Positions 1 to 9,432 are shown, counted from the first letter of the stretch. The stretch is 39,677 nt of DNA from an uncultured Methanosarcinales archaeon (GCA_964630685.1 CAZVVW010000009.1:1-39677), one strand, 5' to 3'. A program made the numbers and translations. The notes: generated by a model not told the origin, from the sequence alone.

Positions 1-582
1 TAATTCTGGTAAAAGAAAAGAAGTTACTGCAGTGTGGGTAGATGGAGTTGGGCTTTCAAAAAAAGGCAACGCCTTTACAAATCGTGGAGCTCTGAATATA
101 GGTCGCAGAAATCTTGCAAATTTATTAGTTCTACTAACTTTGCCGAATTTACCTGCTTCTTTAGCTACCTTACTTCCTTCTTTTTCAACCCCTTCTAAAA
201 TTTTAGCACCTTCTTTTTCTATCTCAACCCCTTCATGAAGAATACTTTGCACAATTGAAAATCCTTCGCTAAATGTTTTAGAGAACAATCCAGCAATACT
301 TTCAACAGCCCTAAACACTAAAAAGAAAGGAAAAACAGCAATAATATCTAACCAGCACTTTTTCAAAAATAAAGGAATCTTTCGTATCCTTATCCATTTA
401 AATACCAAATCAGCTACAAATACTCCAATAACCAAATAATCTGCAATAAAGATATATGTATGATAATGTTCAGCTATTTCATGAAATCCCAAATCAATCA
501 CAATAATTGCTAATAATAGAACAAGCATATAAGGGATAATTTTATCCACTAACACCTCTATTTTATGCATCCACTTTTTCAT
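1..582 (-). CDS. Voltage-sensor-domain-like membrane protein (S1-S4 like); 3' end runs off the window
   Basis: Not in the ORF track. ATG at 582, open to position 1. Hand translation: MKKWMHKIEVLVDKIIPYMLVLLLAIIVIDLGF...IADYLVIGVFVADLVFKW...WLDIIAVFPFF...SRTNKFARFLRPIFRAPRFVK. Shows S2-like D..F..D..K, S3-like WLDIIAVFPF and S4-like periodic R/K. Confidence 0.7.
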   Translation of the reverse strand, partial: MKKWMHKIEVLVDKIIPYMLVLLLAIIVIDLGFHEIAEHYHTYIFIADYLVIGVFVADLVFKWIRIRKIPLFLKKCWLDIIAVFPFFLVFRAVESIAGLFSKTFSEGFSIVQSILHEGVEIEKEGAKILEGVEKEGSKVAKEAGKFGKVSRTNKFARFLRPIFRAPRFVKALPFFESPTPSTHTAVTSFLLPEL

Positions 583-662
583 AACACCAAGATAATCCTT
601 TTTATTTATTAAATTTTCTGTAAGATGGTAGGGCAATTATTTAGTTAGTTAGCCCTATTAAT

Positions 663-677
663 AAAAAGCTTTAAATA
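663..677 (+). promoter_or_regulatory. Archaeal BRE+TATA promoter of the K+ channel gene (likely leaderless)
   Basis: AAAAAGCTTTAAATA; the TATA box ends about 25 nt before ATG 702. Confidence 0.6.
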
Positions 678-701
678 ATTATTATTACTTAACAATATAT
701 T

Positions 702-1607
702 ATGGAAAAAAAGAGGTCTGATGTAGATTTATTAGTCTTATTGAAATATTATGCCCTATTCATCTTTCCAGTCTTAGTTTCTCTTTTCATTTCTTGGCAA
801 ATGGCTAAATACGTAGCACCAAAATTAGATATCTCAGTTAATGTCACAATGCAGGTATTGATGATTGTATTCACATTTATTATATTCTCGATTCTAGTTC
901 CATACATCAGAAAAAGAGAAAATGTGACTGGAGTTAGGTACGCATTAGTAGGATTTTTTTTGTTTGGAATGTTTATGACCCTACCTTCTCTAATAAAAGG
1001 ATATAGTGGAATGTTATTGATGCAATTTCTTTACATAGCTAATTATATTTTACTCACATTCATATATTGCCCAGAAGTTTTAGGAATTAACACAAGTTTA
1101 AAAATTTGGTTTTCAAAATCAAGACAACTTTTAGTTATTTTAATTTACCTTTCAATTGTTCTATTTTATTCAATGGGATTTGCTTGGCTTTATTTTGAGA
1201 TGGCAATAGATCCAGTACATCCAAATGCGTTTAATATGGAAGTTGGAGAATATATAGATTATGGTACTTTTCTCTATTTTAGTATAATAACATTTACAAC
1301 AATAGGGTATGGAGAGATAACTCCAAATTCACCAGGGGCAAGAATGGTTGTTGGTTTTGAAGCTATACTTGGAATGGTGATTAATGCAGTATTCATAGCT
1401 ATATTGTTCATGTATATATCAAATATTCAAGCAGTTCTAAAAGAAGAAGAAAAAATAATTAAAGAAGAGAAAAGAATAGAAGAAAAAGAAAAAAATATTG
1501 AAAAAAGGGAGGATCAAATCGAAGAAAAAGAAGAAAAAATAATAAAATTACAATCCAAAATACCTCAACACCCTTCTCCACCAGATATAGAGAAAAAGAT
1601 TAATTAA
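702..1607 (+). CDS. Potassium channel protein (4 extra N-terminal TMs, 2TM/pore module, C-terminal coiled coil)
   Basis: YFSIITFTTIGYGEITP pore helix/selectivity filter between two TM helices; E/K-rich coiled-coil tail. Confidence 0.88.
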   Translation: MEKKRSDVDLLVLLKYYALFIFPVLVSLFISWQMAKYVAPKLDISVNVTMQVLMIVFTFIIFSILVPYIRKRENVTGVRYALVGFFLFGMFMTLPSLIKGYSGMLLMQFLYIANYILLTFIYCPEVLGINTSLKIWFSKSRQLLVILIYLSIVLFYSMGFAWLYFEMAIDPVHPNAFNMEVGEYIDYGTFLYFSIITFTTIGYGEITPNSPGARMVVGFEAILGMVINAVFIAILFMYISNIQAVLKEEEKIIKEEKRIEEKEKNIEKREDQIEEKEEKIIKLQSKIPQHPSPPDIEKKIN

Positions 1608-1611
1608 TCCA

Positions 1612-1853
1612 ATTAACTATTTAACTATTTAACTANNNNNNNNNNNNNNNNNNNNNNNNNNNNNNNNNNNNNNNNNNNNNNNNNNNNNNNNNNNNNNNNN
1701 NNNNNNNNNNNNNNNNNNNNNNNNNNNNNNNNNNNTTAACTATTTAACTATTTAACTAATTAATCTAATTAATTAATTAATTAATTAATTAGATTAATTA
1801 ATTAATTAATTAATCAACTTAATCAACTTAATCAACTTAATCAACTCAATCAA
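1612..1853. repeat. Compound AT-rich microsatellite/palindrome block around the assembly gap
   Basis: (TTAACTAT)n on both sides of the N run; perfect 44-bp palindrome at 1757-1800 with an (AATT)6 core; (TAATCAACT)x4 at 1811-1846. Confidence 0.9.
1636..1735. other. Assembly gap (100 N)
   Basis: Run of 100 N, a typical placeholder; true length unknown. Confidence 0.99.
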
Positions 1854-1857
1854 GATC

Positions 1858-2304
1858 ATGAAAGTAATATTAGCTAAAACAGCACATATAACTCAATCTG
1901 CTGAAATTTTAAAAAAAGCATATTTTGAGTCATTAAAAGAAGCAAAAGAATTTTTAAAAGAAAAACTCAGAAAAAAAGAATTTTATGTAGCGGTTGAAAA
2001 TAATGAAGTTTTAGGGTTATTCACTTACAGGAGAGATTATTCTCATTATGCAAATTATCTTTCAGATATAATTGTAGCAGATGAGCACAGAAGGAAAGGA
2101 ATAGCAAAAGAATTATTAAAAAAATATATTGAAATAAGCAGAAAAAAACAACCTAAAAAACAAAAATATGCATTGAGTAGTACAGATGTAACCAACAAGA
2201 TTTCTATAAACATGCACCTTAATTTTGGTTTTAAAGAACTAGGAAAAATAAAAGAACTCCATTACGGAAAAGATGAAATTATGTTTGGATATGAATTATA
2301 TTAA
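1858..2304 (+). CDS. GNAT family N-acetyltransferase
   Basis: IIVADEHRRKGIAKELL acetyl-CoA motif A; N..S..MH..FGF motif B. Confidence 0.88.
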   Translation: MKVILAKTAHITQSAEILKKAYFESLKEAKEFLKEKLRKKEFYVAVENNEVLGLFTYRRDYSHYANYLSDIIVADEHRRKGIAKELLKKYIEISRKKQPKKQKYALSSTDVTNKISINMHLNFGFKELGKIKELHYGKDEIMFGYELY

Positions 2305-2348
2305 TTAATAAAATTATTAACGAATAATCAAGAAATCAAATCAATAAA

Positions 2349-3701
2349 TCATTTAAAATTGGGCATATTCCCCATACCCTTCATCATTTTTTCCATACCT
2401 TTCATCCCTTTTTTACCTTTAAACTTCTTCATAAGTTTTTTACTCATTCTGTATTGCTTAATCAATTCTCTTACAGCACTAACACTAGTCCCAGAACCTT
2501 TAGATATTCTTTCAACCCGTTTCCCATCAATCAATTCAGGATCTTCAAGTTCCTTTTGAGTCATAGAACCCATAATGTGTCGCCATTTTTCCAGTTTTCC
2601 TTCCTGTACTTGTAACATTTCTTTAGGCATCTTTAATTGACCAAAACCAGGAATCATTTCCATGACTTTGCTCATTGGCCCCATTTTTTTCATAGCACTC
2701 ATCTGCTCATATAAATCAATAAGATTAAAATCGCCTTTAAGCAGTTTTTTCCCCAAATCTTCCGCATCTTCTTTACTAATAGCATCTTTTGCTTTCTCAA
2801 GAAGTGCTTCAATATCGCCCATACCGAGCATTCTGCCAACAAAACGCGCAGGGTCAAACTCTTCTAAATCTTCTAATTTTTCTCCAACCCCTATGAATTT
2901 AATCGGTGCATCAGTGGCAGCGCAAGCAGTTAAAGCTCCACCACCCTTTGCAGTACCATCCATCTTTGTTGCAACAACACCTGTAACACCACAACTATCA
3001 TGGAATTGTTGTGCTTGTTTCTGTGCAGTTTGTCCAACATCAGCAGAAATAACCAAGAAATTTTCATTTGCTTTTATCTCTTTATTTAGTGCTTCAATTT
3101 CTTTAACTAAATCCTTAGATAAAGCATCCCTTCCTGCAGTATCCACAATAAGAATATCATATTTCTTTAAGTCTTTTTTAACTTTTTTCCATATCTTAAG
3201 TGCATTTCTTTCTTTTTTATCTAAAAACACATCAACTTTAGCTTGCTTTGCAATTTGTTCTATCTGCTCCATTGCAGCAGGTCTATGAACATCTAATCCA
3301 ACAAGCGCAACTTTATGCCCTCTTTTTGAGAAAAATTTAGCTAATTTACCTGCAGTGGTTGTTTTACCATTTCCAAATAAACCTATAAGCATTATTTTAA
3401 ATTGACCTTCGCCAACTTTAATTTTAGCTCCTTTTCCACCAAGAAATTCAACTAATTCTTCATGAACTATCTTCACTAATTGTTCTTTTTTAGTCAACCC
3501 ACTAGGCAGTTCTTCTTTAAGTGCCCTTTCTTTAATCTTATTAGTAAGTTCAAAAACAAGTTTCACATTAACATCTGATTGCAATAACGCTTTCTGTACT
3601 TCTTTGACTAATTCATTAATCAGTTTTTCATCTACAAAAACAGCCCTAGCAACTTTAGCTAATGTTTCTTTAATAGATGAACCGAGTTTTTCTAATACCA
3701 T
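2349..3701 (-). CDS. srp54: Signal recognition particle protein SRP54
   Basis: GLFGNGKTT, DVHRPAA, DTAGR, TKMDGTAKGGG; Met-rich M domain with RISKGSG. Confidence 0.97.
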   Translation of the reverse strand: MVLEKLGSSIKETLAKVARAVFVDEKLINELVKEVQKALLQSDVNVKLVFELTNKIKERALKEELPSGLTKKEQLVKIVHEELVEFLGGKGAKIKVGEGQFKIMLIGLFGNGKTTTAGKLAKFFSKRGHKVALVGLDVHRPAAMEQIEQIAKQAKVDVFLDKKERNALKIWKKVKKDLKKYDILIVDTAGRDALSKDLVKEIEALNKEIKANENFLVISADVGQTAQKQAQQFHDSCGVTGVVATKMDGTAKGGGALTACAATDAPIKFIGVGEKLEDLEEFDPARFVGRMLGMGDIEALLEKAKDAISKEDAEDLGKKLLKGDFNLIDLYEQMSAMKKMGPMSKVMEMIPGFGQLKMPKEMLQVQEGKLEKWRHIMGSMTQKELEDPELIDGKRVERISKGSGTSVSAVRELIKQYRMSKKLMKKFKGKKGMKGMEKMMKGMGNMPNFK

Positions 3702-3723
3702 TTAACAATCTTATAATATCAAT

Positions 3724-5613
3724 TTAATTTTTATCATCAATCTCTTTCAGAAGCCTCTTTAAAAATGTACCTACTTTAACGCCCATTTCAACATCATTAC
3801 CCTTTCTTATAGCCAATGTTTTATTCTTTTGTTCTTTTTCGCCAATCACAACAACATAATTAATTTTTTGGTGCTGAGCAGTTCTTACTTTTTTAGATAT
3901 ACTCTCACTTTTTTCGTCAAGCTCAACACGAACCCCTGCTCCAGCCAATTCCTTAACAACCTCTTTAGCATATTTGTTGAAACTATCTGAAACAGTAAGC
4001 ACCTTAACCTGTACAGGACTCAACCACAAAGGAAGACGACCACCATAATGTTCAATTAATATTCCTATGAATCTTTCAAAACTTCCAAGAATAGCTCTGT
4101 GAAGCATCACAGGTCTATGTTTTTTTCCATCTTTTCCTTCATAAGTTAATTCAAACCTTTCAGGCATTGAAAAATCAACTTGAATAGTTCCGCACTGCCA
4201 GCTTCTTTTCATACAGTCTTTTATGTGAAAATCAATTTTAGGACCATAAAACGCACCATCTCCAGGATTTAATTGATAATCCAACTTTAAATCACTAAGT
4301 GCTTCTGAAAGAGATTTTTCTGCGTTATTCCACATTTTATCACTACCCATAGAATCTTCTGGCCTTGTACTTAACTCTAATTGGTAATCTTTAAATCCAA
4401 AAGCAGAATAAACTTCAATAATCAACCCTATCAATTTTTTAATTTCGTCTTTTAATTGTTTTTCTGTACAAAATACATGTGCATCATCTTGAGTAAAACT
4501 TCTCACCCTAAATAACCCTGAAAGCACTCCAGATAATTCATGTCTATGTACTAATCCAAATTCCCCTGCTTTAAGGGGCAGTTCCCTATAAGAATGAACG
4601 CTATTTTTATACACTAACAATCCACCAGGACAATTCATTGGTTTAACAGCATGTTCTACTTTATCTATCATAGTAAAATACATACTTTCTTGATAATGGT
4701 CCCAGTGACCTGATTTTAACCACAAATCTTTATTAAGAATTATTGGTGTGCTTATCTCTTGATATCCTTTTGAACGCAACAAGTTCTTCATATAACCCAT
4801 AATTCCATCCCATATAATCATCCCCTTATCGTGCCAAAATGGAAATCCAGCACCCTCTTTATGAAATGAAAATAAATCCAATTCTTTTCCAATATTTCTA
4901 TGATCCCTTTTTTTTGCTTCTTCCTGCAAAATCAAAAATTCCTTTAATAATTTTCTGTCAGGAAAACTAACCCCATAGATTCTTTGAAGGGATTTATTTT
5001 TGGCATCTCCTCTCCAGTAAGCAGAGGAAACCTTTGTTAACTTAAACGCTTTAATCATTCGTGTATGGGGAACATGAGGTCCTCGACATAGATCTTTGAA
5101 TTCTCCTTGCTCATAATAAGAAATCTTTTCAGTTTTAGGTAGTTCTTTAATCATTTCTTTTTTGTAAGGATTATCTTTAAACATCCTTAACGCTTTTTCT
5201 TTGCTCACAACATGTTTTTTAATTTCAAGTTTTTCATCAACAATCTTTTTCATTTCTGCTTCTATTTTTTCCAAATCTTCTGGATTTAAAGGCCTAATAT
5301 CTATATCATAATAGAAACCACCTTCAACTGTTGGTCCAATTGTTAATTTTGCTTTAGGAAACAACCTAAGCACTGCTTGAGCCAATACATGAGCACTTGA
5401 ATGATGAAACACTTCTTTCCCTTCATGGCTATTAAAATCAATTAATTCAATATCAGAATCTTTATTCACTTTTACAGAAACATCTACTAATTTATCATTA
5501 AGTGTAGCCGCAACAATTCCTTGTTTATTTAAATCATTAACAATATCTTTTATAGAAACCCCTTTATCATAATTTTTAGTTTTCCCAGCTATCTTAACTT
5601 TTACCTTTACCAT
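3724..5613 (-). CDS. thrS: Threonine--tRNA ligase, bacterial-type (TGS + N2 editing domain)
   Basis: HSSAHVLAQA, DLCRGPHVP, KPMNCP, HRHELSG, FTQDDAH, GAFYGPKID, HRAILGSFERF. Confidence 0.97.
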   Translation of the reverse strand: MVKVKVKIAGKTKNYDKGVSIKDIVNDLNKQGIVAATLNDKLVDVSVKVNKDSDIELIDFNSHEGKEVFHHSSAHVLAQAVLRLFPKAKLTIGPTVEGGFYYDIDIRPLNPEDLEKIEAEMKKIVDEKLEIKKHVVSKEKALRMFKDNPYKKEMIKELPKTEKISYYEQGEFKDLCRGPHVPHTRMIKAFKLTKVSSAYWRGDAKNKSLQRIYGVSFPDRKLLKEFLILQEEAKKRDHRNIGKELDLFSFHKEGAGFPFWHDKGMIIWDGIMGYMKNLLRSKGYQEISTPIILNKDLWLKSGHWDHYQESMYFTMIDKVEHAVKPMNCPGGLLVYKNSVHSYRELPLKAGEFGLVHRHELSGVLSGLFRVRSFTQDDAHVFCTEKQLKDEIKKLIGLIIEVYSAFGFKDYQLELSTRPEDSMGSDKMWNNAEKSLSEALSDLKLDYQLNPGDGAFYGPKIDFHIKDCMKRSWQCGTIQVDFSMPERFELTYEGKDGKKHRPVMLHRAILGSFERFIGILIEHYGGRLPLWLSPVQVKVLTVSDSFNKYAKEVVKELAGAGVRVELDEKSESISKKVRTAQHQKINYVVVIGEKEQKNKTLAIRKGNDVEMGVKVGTFLKRLLKEIDDKN

Positions 5614-5679
5614 GTCTCTTTAAAATTGCTTTTTGCTTTAAATATCTTTTGTTTTAAATAGTCAATTACCACACTGATA

Positions 5680-5693
5680 GAAATGTTTATATA
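5680..5693 (+). promoter_or_regulatory. BRE+TATA promoter of tpiA (divergent thrS TATA at about 5637-5650)
   Basis: GAAATGTTTATATA about 25 nt before ATG 5718; the minus strand has AAAAGATATTTAAAG about 24 nt before ATG 5613. Confidence 0.6.
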
Positions 5694-5717
5694 TTCTCTC
5701 ACCAAATAAATTAAACT

Positions 5718-6395
5718 ATGGGGTTAAAAACACCTATAATAATTGTTAATTTCAAAACATACGAGTCAGCTACAGGCAAATCTGCAGAGAAACTAGCAAA
5801 AATATGTGAAAAAATAGCGAAAAAAACAAAAATAAACATTGCAGTTGCTGTTCAAGACGCTGATTTGTACAGAGTTTCTAAAGTTGTTAAAATTCCAGTT
5901 TTAAGTGAACATATGGATCCAATAGATTATGGCGCACATACAGGTCACACACTTCCAGAAGACCTAAAAGCAAACGGCGCCAAGGGTTGTTTATTGAATC
6001 ATTCTGAAGATAGATTTAAGATAGATGATTTAGAAAAAAGCATCATAAAAGCCAAAGCCTTAAAATTGACCACCGTAGTGTGTGCAAGCAGTGATAATAC
6101 TGCAGAATCTGTTGCAGCCTTTCATCCAGATTTTATTGCGGTTGAACCTCCAGAGTTAATTGGTGGAAATGTGTCTGTAAGTACTGCAAAACCACAAATA
6201 ATTACGAAAACTATAAAAAAGGTAAATAATATTAGTAATATACCTGTACTTTGCGGAGCAGGTATTAAGACTAAACAAGATGTGCAAAAAGCAGCAGAGC
6301 TTGGCGCACAAGGCATTTTAATTGCTTCAGCAATCACTAAATCATTACATCCTGAAAAAATATTAGAACAGCTCGCAATGGGTTTTAGTAATTAA
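5718..6395 (+). CDS. tpiA: Triosephosphate isomerase (archaeal type)
   Basis: VNFKTY, NHSE, AVEPPELIGG, LCGAGI; 225 aa. Confidence 0.96.
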   Translation: MGLKTPIIIVNFKTYESATGKSAEKLAKICEKIAKKTKINIAVAVQDADLYRVSKVVKIPVLSEHMDPIDYGAHTGHTLPEDLKANGAKGCLLNHSEDRFKIDDLEKSIIKAKALKLTTVVCASSDNTAESVAAFHPDFIAVEPPELIGGNVSVSTAKPQIITKTIKKVNNISNIPVLCGAGIKTKQDVQKAAELGAQGILIASAITKSLHPEKILEQLAMGFSN

Positions 6396-6442
6396 TTGAT
6401 AACTTAAACCATTTAATTAGATTAGTTAATTAAATCATTTTC

Positions 6443-7072
6443 ATGGATCCAATAAAGAAAACAACCGAAAGCTATAATAAGTTCGCAAAGAATTATGTAG
6501 AATATAGTTTTGATACTATTTTACAATATCAACTAACTCAATTTCTCTCTTTCTTAAAAGGTAAAAAGGTATTGGATGTAGGTGCAGGTTCAGGAAGAGA
6601 TGTTCAATATTTAAAAGAAGAAGGATTGACAGTTACAGGAATAGAATTATCTCCAGAAGTAATCAAAGAAACCAAAAAAAAGACAAAATTAACTATTAAA
6701 GAAATGGACATGAGAAAACTAGATTTCAAAGATATTAGCTTCGATGGAATCTGGTGTTGTGCTTCTTTCCTTCATTTACCAAAAAAAGATGCAGAAAAAA
6801 CATTAAAAGAGTTTCATAGAGTATTGAAAGAAACTGGAATAATTTATATAGGGTTAAAAGAGGGGGAAACAGAAGGATTTGAACCTTCCCATAAATTAAA
6901 CAACAGTGACGTTTATGTTAGCCATTATACTCAAGGAGAAATAGAAGAAAAATTAAGGGAGTGTAATTTTGAAATAATCACCACATACATAGAAAACGAT
7001 GCAGAAGGAATATCTTGGATTAATACATTTGCAAGAAAATTAACAATCAAAAAATTAGATTCTAAAAAATAA
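6443..7072 (+). CDS. Class I SAM-dependent methyltransferase
   Basis: VLDVGAGSGRD motif I; FDGIWCCASFLH. Confidence 0.9.
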   Translation: MDPIKKTTESYNKFAKNYVEYSFDTILQYQLTQFLSFLKGKKVLDVGAGSGRDVQYLKEEGLTVTGIELSPEVIKETKKKTKLTIKEMDMRKLDFKDISFDGIWCCASFLHLPKKDAEKTLKEFHRVLKETGIIYIGLKEGETEGFEPSHKLNNSDVYVSHYTQGEIEEKLRECNFEIITTYIENDAEGISWINTFARKLTIKKLDSKK

Positions 7073-7100
7073 TCAAAATAAAATCAAAAACAAGAAATAA

Positions 7101-7649
7101 TCAAACTACTTCTACATATACTTTCTGAATACTTCCATAAATACTGCCTGTGCTATCTTTAACAGTAACTTTGAAGATATATGTTCCTGGGGGCGTTTTT
7201 CCGCCAACATCACTATTTCTAGGTATTCTCACAGGTAATCCAACAACTTTATTTTCATTTTTATTAATTTCATAAGGTCCAAAATCAGTTTTTATCCAAT
7301 CTGCTTCAGAAACAGAGTTACTGATATCCTCCCTATCTTTGCTAAAAGCTTTTTCAAATTCCATTTTAACACTAAAATCTTGAGTGTTACCCATATTAAA
7401 TATACCTAACCCAAAATTTACACTTTTAGCAAGTTTACTTGTTTTATGATTAAGTGGAATAGAAACAATTTCGCCACTAGTCAGTGCTTCTTCTATCTCT
7501 CTTTGAGTAGATTCATCAACATCTGCCCTTATTTCTTCAGCTTTAGTCATAAGATCATAAGCCATCTTTATACCCATAGCAAACACAGCTATGGCTATAA
7601 TCATAATTACAAGAAAATTCGCAGATAACTGTACAGCTTTCTTATTCAT
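7101..7649 (-). CDS. Class III signal peptide (archaeal pilin-like) protein
   Basis: MNKKA|VQLS plus a hydrophobic helix, then a beta-rich domain (PPGTYIFKVTV). Confidence 0.7.
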   Translation of the reverse strand: MNKKAVQLSANFLVIMIIAIAVFAMGIKMAYDLMTKAEEIRADVDESTQREIEEALTSGEIVSIPLNHKTSKLAKSVNFGLGIFNMGNTQDFSVKMEFEKAFSKDREDISNSVSEADWIKTDFGPYEINKNENKVVGLPVRIPRNSDVGGKTPPGTYIFKVTVKDSTGSIYGSIQKVYVEVV

Positions 7650-7688
7650 TTTAAAAAATAAGGAAAAAAATAAAATAAAAAAAAGAGA

Positions 7689-7910
7689 TTATTTCACAAC
7701 CTCGTATTCTTTTAGTATCATTGCCATGAATAATACTAGTATGACTGCTCCAACAACTGCTACTGTAAGTCCTTGGGCAAATCCTACTATAAACATAGTG
7801 TAAAGTCCAAAAGCCATAACGCCAAATCCCAACCACAAGAATTTATCAAGCACTAATTTCATAATCTCAAATTCTTCATGCTGAGTCAATCTTTTTTTAA
7901 CTTTAGCCAT
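7689..7910 (-). CDS. Small 2-TM membrane protein of unknown function
   Basis: GAGGTG SD upstream; two hydrophobic helices; lies between the two pilin-like genes. Confidence 0.75.
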   Translation of the reverse strand: MAKVKKRLTQHEEFEIMKLVLDKFLWLGFGVMAFGLYTMFIVGFAQGLTVAVVGAVILVLFMAMILKEYEVVK

Positions 7911-7923
7911 TATAATTCACCTC

Positions 7924-8460
7924 TTAAACAACAACATCAATAGTTAATTCTGTTCTTTTACTTTCTCCACCCGAATCAACTGTAATAGTGCAAAAACATG
8001 TTCCTTCGCTTGCTTGTGTACTCACTTTAATATTTATTGGTAAAACTCTTGTTTCCCCACCTTGAATTTCTGTAGCAGATGATTTGTACGCAACTTCAAC
8101 ATCTCCCCCAGTTCCACAATTTAAATTGCTAGTTGATCCACAACCGAGAACTACACAATCAAGATTAGCGATAGTATAACTTAATGGGTCTTGTTGATCA
8201 TTTCTCAAACCTATAAATATTTGATCTTTTTCACCAATTTTAATATCTACCTTTGGCCTGCTTAAATCAATAGCTTTACCACTAGATTTCATCTGATCCA
8301 TCATTTGTTTTTCAACTGTTCCAGAAACTTTTGTAAATTCTTCTGTTGCCCCTCCAAAAATGTTTCTCATGAAACTTAGACCTAGCCCAAGCATAGTTAT
8401 TGCAAGAATAAGAACAACAATTGCATTAATGGATAGAGTTAAAGAACCCTTCTTTTTCAT
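7924..8460 (-). CDS. Class III signal peptide (archaeal pilin-like) protein, Cys-containing
   Basis: MKKKG|SLTLSINAIVVLILAITMLGLG; GAGGTG SD; 5 Cys in a beta-rich domain. Confidence 0.72.
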   Translation of the reverse strand: MKKKGSLTLSINAIVVLILAITMLGLGLSFMRNIFGGATEEFTKVSGTVEKQMMDQMKSSGKAIDLSRPKVDIKIGEKDQIFIGLRNDQQDPLSYTIANLDCVVLGCGSTSNLNCGTGGDVEVAYKSSATEIQGGETRVLPINIKVSTQASEGTCFCTITVDSGGESKRTELTIDVVV

Positions 8461-8679
8461 TTGATTTCACCTCTTTAATAAATATAGTAATATGTTAAGT
8501 TAACTTATATCAGGATTATTTATAAAGTTTTCTATAATTATAACTTTTATTTAGAGGAGACTAAAGAAAAGCTTTAAATATCCATCAAACAAATTAACAA
8601 GAAAGATTTAAAAAAATAAATTTTCAAGTAGTACAAAAAGAATTTTAACTCTTAAAATTTTTTTAGTACCATTAAAAAA

Positions 8680-9432
8680 ATGGTGAGCAACGACGCACAA
8701 GATAAAGTATTCAATCTTTTATTTGAAGAAGACGAGATAACTTGGCAATCTATATTATATAATTTAGTGACCAAAGAACATATGGATCCATGGGATGTTG
8801 ACATCTCAACATTATCAAAAAAATTCATGGATATGCTTAAGCAGTTAAAAGATATGGATTTTAATTTACCTGGAAAAGTAGTACTCGCAGCATCATTATT
8901 ATTAAGATTAAAATCATCAAAATTAGTTGACGAAGATATATTGGAGCTCGATAGATTAATTGCATCAACTGAAGAGATAGAAGATGTAGATGATTTGATT
9001 GATTTTGAAGAAGAGTTGCCTGGAAGTTTAGTGGCAGAAGAAAAACCAAGATTAATACCCAGAACTCCACAACCAAGAAAACGAAAAGTGTCTATTTATG
9101 ATCTTGTAGATGCTTTAGAAAAAGCATTAGAAGTAAGAAAAAGAAGAGTTACAAGGAGCATCCCTCCACAAAACATAATATTACCAGAAAAAACAGTAGA
9201 TATTGGATTTGTGATGAATAGTTTACTTAAAAAAATCAAAGATTTTTTTTCGATTGGTAATAAAAGATTAACATTTAAACAATTAATCCCTTCAGAATCA
9301 AAGGAAGATAAAGTATCAATTTTTGTTCCTTTACTTCATTTAACAAATCAAAGAAAAGTTGATGTCCACCAACAACAACATTTTGGAGAAATAGAGGTTG
9401 AATTATTAAGAAAACAAGCTAAAGCAAAATAA
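8680..9432 (+). CDS. scpA: Segregation and condensation protein A (kleisin)
   Basis: MDPWDVDI, LAASLLLRLKS, FVPLLHL...QQHFGEI. Confidence 0.92.
   Translation: MVSNDAQDKVFNLLFEEDEITWQSILYNLVTKEHMDPWDVDISTLSKKFMDMLKQLKDMDFNLPGKVVLAASLLLRLKSSKLVDEDILELDRLIASTEEIEDVDDLIDFEEELPGSLVAEEKPRLIPRTPQPRKRKVSIYDLVDALEKALEVRKRRVTRSIPPQNIILPEKTVDIGFVMNSLLKKIKDFFSIGNKRLTFKQLIPSESKEDKVSIFVPLLHLTNQRKVDVHQQQHFGEIEVELLRKQAKAK

Noticed and set aside
32..238. 68-aa plus-strand ORF
   Set aside because: Antisense shadow of the longer minus-strand VSD-like gene.
1612..1853. Possible CRISPR array or replication origin
   Set aside because: Units are 4-9 bp with no unique spacers and no cas genes; no ORB-like G-string motif or cdc6/orc1 in the window.
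7651..7836. 61-aa minus-strand ORF overlapping 7689-7910
   Set aside because: The 73-aa frame has the SD and a sensible 2-TM product.
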